Shown here: piece after piece, positions 59,534 through 64,000 of the stretch
Layout: every line of letters starts with the position of its first letter
Position numbering within the stretch: the stretch's first letter is position 1
Assembly: GCA_001179505.1 (NCBI GenBank)
Contig: CDMY01000982.1
Coordinates: forward strand, 166,954-230,953
Origin: Vitrella brassicaformis CCMP3155
Taxonomy: Eukaryota; Protista; Chromerida
Reading direction: 5' to 3'
Length of the DNA stretch: 64,000 nucleotides
The notes under the pieces: generated by a model
The model's database searches: none
The model's input: only the letters and a program-made list of their open reading frames with translations
Told to the model about the DNA's origin: nothing
Translations under genes and position numbers: made by a program

Positions 59534-62241
59534 ATGGAGCCGACTCCGTTTTCATATTTCCTGGGTGTATTTCTGCTGGTGTCCTGCTGCCTCCTGGGGT
59601 ATAAGTTCAACGAGAGTGGAGGCTACCTGCTGGATGTGGGACTGCGCCTAACGCCCCTGACGGTCCTGCACAGTGTGCTGTCGGCCCTATCGCTGGCATG
59701 CACGGTGATGCTCTCGCCATTCTGCTACCAGGTCAGTCATAACGACACTGACACACACGCAGCAAGGAAGGAAGCAGGATGCAACACACACACACACACA
59801 CACGAGTGTCTGCTTGTCTTGTGCGCGGTTCTTTCTGCTCAGGTGGTAGTGGGTGTGTTTTGGCCGTGTGGCATCATCGATATGTCGTCGCTGACGGCCC
59901 TTCTCCGGCGCATCACGGGCATCGCCTCTCGGCAGCAGCGTGCCAGCAACCGCACCACCCCCCTCCTCCCCTCTCTCGACCTGCAGCAGGACATCATCGT
60001 CACCAACACTCCCCCGCCCGCATCCAAAGTCGCATTCCGCGTGTGCACCCGCGGCGACAACCCCCGGCTCGTCCGGCACATCTGTGCGCGCAACATCGCG
60101 TTGCTGCAGTCATGTGGCTCGGCGATGGAGCTCGATTGGTGCATCGAGATCGTCACTGACCGGCCGCTGGATCTCGCTGAGGGCCTCTGTGCGTCGGCGG
60201 GGCTGCCCCTGACCCAGGTGGTGGAGATCATCGTGCCGTCCGACTACCAACCGCCCAACGGCAGCGCATTCAAGGCGAGAGCGCTGCACTACGCCAACGC
60301 CACCAATGCCAACTCAGCCACGGCGCCATACGAGCGGCCGAGCGTGCCGTCTTCGGCGAGGTCACACGAGAGTAGCGGCAGCATCAGCAATGGGTCGAAA
60401 TGGTACCCCGGTCGTTCCCTCGTGCAGCAGCCGCGGTCGTCCCCCCTGCCAACCGATGACCTCAACGGCATGATGGAGATGCAGCTGCACATGAACGGCG
60501 CCCTCTCCTACAGGAGTGACCCCCAATCGAATTCGATGAATCCCCTCTCCCACACCAACGGCACCACGAGCAGCGTGCATTCGGGTGCGGGGAAACACGT
60601 GAGCACCATCGGCCCGTACGACTACATAGTGCATTTGGACGAGGAGACTATATTAAAGCCGTCGTGTGTGGCCGGGGTGGTGGAGCTGGTGAAGCGCAAC
60701 GCGGCCAGGAGTGACGCCAGGGTGGGGCAGGGCATCATCCTCTACGGACACGAAGAAATCGGTGAGTGAGAGATGTCGGACGGAGGGAGGGAGAGGCGAT
60801 GCATTGTATATGGGTTGTGTTGTGTTGTGTTGTGTTGTCTGTGTGTGTGGTTTGATGATATGTGTAGTGAATCCGTTGACAACGATGGCGGACAGCATCC
60901 GTGTCAGTGATGACTACTGCAGATTCCGGATGTACCACACTATCGGATACCCAATACAGGGCATGAAGGGTACGCAACGCAAACCACACACCCATTGCGT
61001 ATGTGATGTGAGCTCATCCTTGTCTGTGACTCTCTCTCTCTCTCTCTCTGTGGTGTGGTGTGGTGCAGGGTCGTATGTTGTGTGTCGCAGTGACGTCGAG
61101 TGCGACGTGTCTTTTGACGTGGGTGCGCCCCACTCCATCACTGAGGACGCCGCATTCGCTCTCAAGGCCATGCAGAAGGGAGTCAAATTCGACTTCTGCA
61201 GGGTGCGTGGCGTGGCGTGCAGGGGGGCAGGGCAACACACACACCACACTGAGAGACGTCTCACCTCATGGGGGCAGTGTTGAATTGTGTGTGCGTGTGT
61301 ATGTGTGTGTGTGCTGCGGTGTGCAGGGTGTGATGCTTGAGAAGAGTCCCTTCACGTTTGTGGATTTCATCAAGCAGCGGCGGAGGTGGATGCAGGGCCT
61401 CTGGCTCAACACACTGCAAAACGACATCAGATGGAACGCCAAAATCGGTAGGTTAGGGACCCACACACACCTGCCAGCCATGCCCACCCACACCACACCA
61501 CCCCCATGTGTATCTGTGTGTCTGTGTGTGTGTGTGTGTGTGTCGATTCTGTCGATCAGTGCTGTTTGTGATGATGCTGACGTGGACGGCCTTGCCGTTC
61601 ATCGTGCTCTTCAACTACCTGCTGCTTTTCATCCCCGCCCCCCCACACACGCCCTACGAGATCTTCAACAGGACCACCTGCCAGGCCGTCACGCTGTTCG
61701 TCTACCTCTTCGGGGCCATCCACAACTTCAACATACCCAAGTGGGGCCTCCTCTATGTCGCCAGATACATCGTCTTCGTCAGCGGCACCGTGTTGCTGAT
61801 CCCCGTCTGGAATCTGCTAGAAGCCTGTGGTGAGCAAGTGGTCGATGGAAGACCCATGAATGCGAGAAGGAGACATCGCTGGATGGATGGATGGATGTCA
61901 TGTGTTTCAGGTGTGATTTATGTGTTGTTGACGTTCCGTGCCCGTCGTGACTTCTATGTGGTCAAGAAGGAGCACCCCGCCCTGCAGCGGACCTCGGCCA
62001 ACGACATTCCGTCACACACGTCGTCGGCCGAGGAACCTGAACCAGAACACTTCGACAGACACCCTGGTACGTGACGTGAGCCACAAACCGTGGTGCTCTG
62101 TAGCATGTGGCATGTGTGCGTGTGCATGTGTGTGTGTGTGTGTGTGGATCAGATGGCGGGACACGGTCGCCCGAGTCCTCGACCAACAGCGGCAGCAGCA
62201 GTGCGCCAGCCAGCATGGCTGCAGTGCTGCATGGGGGATGA
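59534..62241 (+). CDS. egh: Egghead/BRE-3-like GT2 glycosyltransferase (putative beta-1,4-mannosyltransferase)
   Basis: FRVCTRGDNPRLV; KARALHYA; IVHLDEET; GQGIILY; ADSIRVSDD; SITED; EKSPFTFVDFIKQRRRWMQG; C-terminal TMs. Confidence 0.88.
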
Positions 62242-62249
62242 CAGAGCGG

Positions 62250-64000
62250 CACCGACACACAGGGAGGGAGGGAGGGAGGGATTGGGCAGGTAGGGAGGGA
62301 GAGAGGATCGTTGGCAGTGGAGAGAGAGTAAGGAGGGGCCGGCTGGCCTGCTGGCTGTTTTGGTTGGTTTGTATCTGTGGCGAACGGCTTGTGGGTTTTG
62401 CTCTTTCAGCCTTTCTTTGTGTGTATTCACTTTGTTTCTTGCCTCTTCGACTGACCGAACGAAAGACACCACCTTACCTTACGCGTGTGTGTGTGCGTAT
62501 CTGTGTGTGGCTGTGGCTGTGGCTGGCTTCTTTTGTGATTGTACACTACCAGCCAGCCAGCCAGCACTGACAGCCAGATGGACAGACAGACAGACAGATA
62601 GACAGACAGACAGACAAGGAAGACACACACGGCACAGGAAACATACTTTGCAGTTTTGATGGATGGATGGATGGATAGATAGTTGGATCGGCTGTTGGTC
62701 TGTCTGGTTAACCACCCCGCCTCCTTTGCTCGATCCATCTGACGACCTTTGACGCGACATATCGACCCTCTCTGTCTCTTTTTCTCGTCTCTGACTAACC
62801 CCTCTCTGTGGGGTGGGTGGGTGAGCGGGGCCTCCGGGTGGGGTGGTGGTGGGGAGAGACTTTCTACCGTTCGTCCAGTTGTCAGGACTCTCTCTCTCTC
62901 TCTCTGCAGCTGTCGGTCGGTCGGTCGGTCAGCTTTCAATAACAATGCCACAGCTCACGTCACGAGGGGAACTCCTTAGTATCACATCGCACCGCACCGC
63001 ATCGCTGGGTCCATCTTTTCTCGTCTTCCGGTTGGTTCTTCCAGTCATAGTGGGTGTATCTGTGTATTTGCGTGTGCGCGCGTGTGCTTTTGTACTGCCG
63101 CTTTTGTGTCGCCAACCATTGCTTGCTGAGTTTCTTGCACGGGAGTAGCTATAGCACACGATCATGTACCTACCTGCCTGCCTGCCTGCCTGGATGGATG
63201 GATTTATGGATGGACGGATGGACGTGTGTGCAGAGGGCAAGATGTAGCGTATTGTTATTATTACCATGATGAGAATTTTCCCTCAGTTTTGCCACTGACT
63301 GACTGACTGAGCGACTGACTGACTGACATGCAGACACACACACATACAACTACGCGAGAGAGAGAGAGAGAGGACACACGACAGCCACTCGACTGGCCTG
63401 CTCACCTGCATGCGTGCTAATGCATGAATGGCTGCATGTGGCTGTCTCTGCCTGTCTCTGCCTGTGTCATGAGTGTGTGTGTGTGTGTATGTACGTCCGA
63501 CACGTTAGAGGTCGCCCGTCCACACACATAGGTTGTTGGACGTGGCCTGCCTGCCTGCCTGCCACGCGATGTGACGTACCCATAGATATGAATGTCATCG
63601 GACTGTGTGACTGTTTGTATGACTGCCTGACCGACTGAGGTCCCCTCGCTGATATATCAACCAGTCCAACGTCCTCACTCTTACATGGGCACCAGTCACT
63701 GTGCAGATCCAGGGATCAGGTGGACGGCAGATCTTGCCCCTTATTGATTGTTTCTGATCGGTCGTGTCACAGACGACACAGCCGTCATACAGAAGGCCCT
63801 GTGTGAGCTGAAACACTCACCTTCTCCAGCGATCGAATTCTGCAGCAGCGGTTTCAGGGAGCACCCTAGGTGGCCTGACGGCCAAGTCCCCTGTCGGTCT
63901 GTCCAACATGAAACAGGCACCCTAACATGCAACCCGGACACGAAACACGCAGCACGCAGAGGGCAGATGCAGCAGACAGGAGGATATGCAATGCGCTGCG
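62250..64000. repeat. Microsatellite-rich non-coding region (3' UTR/intergenic)
   Basis: (GGAT)n, (CAGA)n, (GACT)n and (GCCT)n tracts; no coherent spliced ORF. Confidence 0.6.

Overview
Intron-rich, GC-rich eukaryotic genomic DNA with short introns full of CA/TG and CAGA/TCTG microsatellites. The style and gene content point to a chromerid alveolate such as Vitrella brassicaformis (inference, not verified). I reconstructed about 18 spliced genes by eye: a partial mitochondrial-carrier-like gene, a sterol O-acyltransferase (MBOAT), three paralogs of a helical-N-terminus/C3HC4-RING putative E3 ligase family, a DUF1279/FAM210-like protein, CNOT1, a 77-aa tail-anchored microprotein, two signal-peptide-bearing isochorismatase-family paralogs, an ankyrin protein, a GH17 beta-1,3-glucanase, a coiled-coil protein, an OSCA/TMEM63-like channel, a nucleoplasmin-like protein, an egghead-like GT2 and two hypotheticals. 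There are two N gaps; one is flanked by a 901-bp duplication that is most likely an assembly artefact. I found no supportable tRNA, rRNA, CRISPR array or transposon. The most interesting signals are: (1) complementary 5'-CA / 3'-TG repeat polarity inside introns, suggesting structure-assisted splicing; (2) the RING family, with divergent N-termini, a homogenised inverted 3' arm and a frameshift in one RING; (3) the isochorismatase pair with an apparently altered catalytic triad; (4) pervasive head-to-head gene pairs. Most short ORFs in the supplied track are shadow or intronic ORFs. Exon boundaries are manual and need RNA-seq confirmation.
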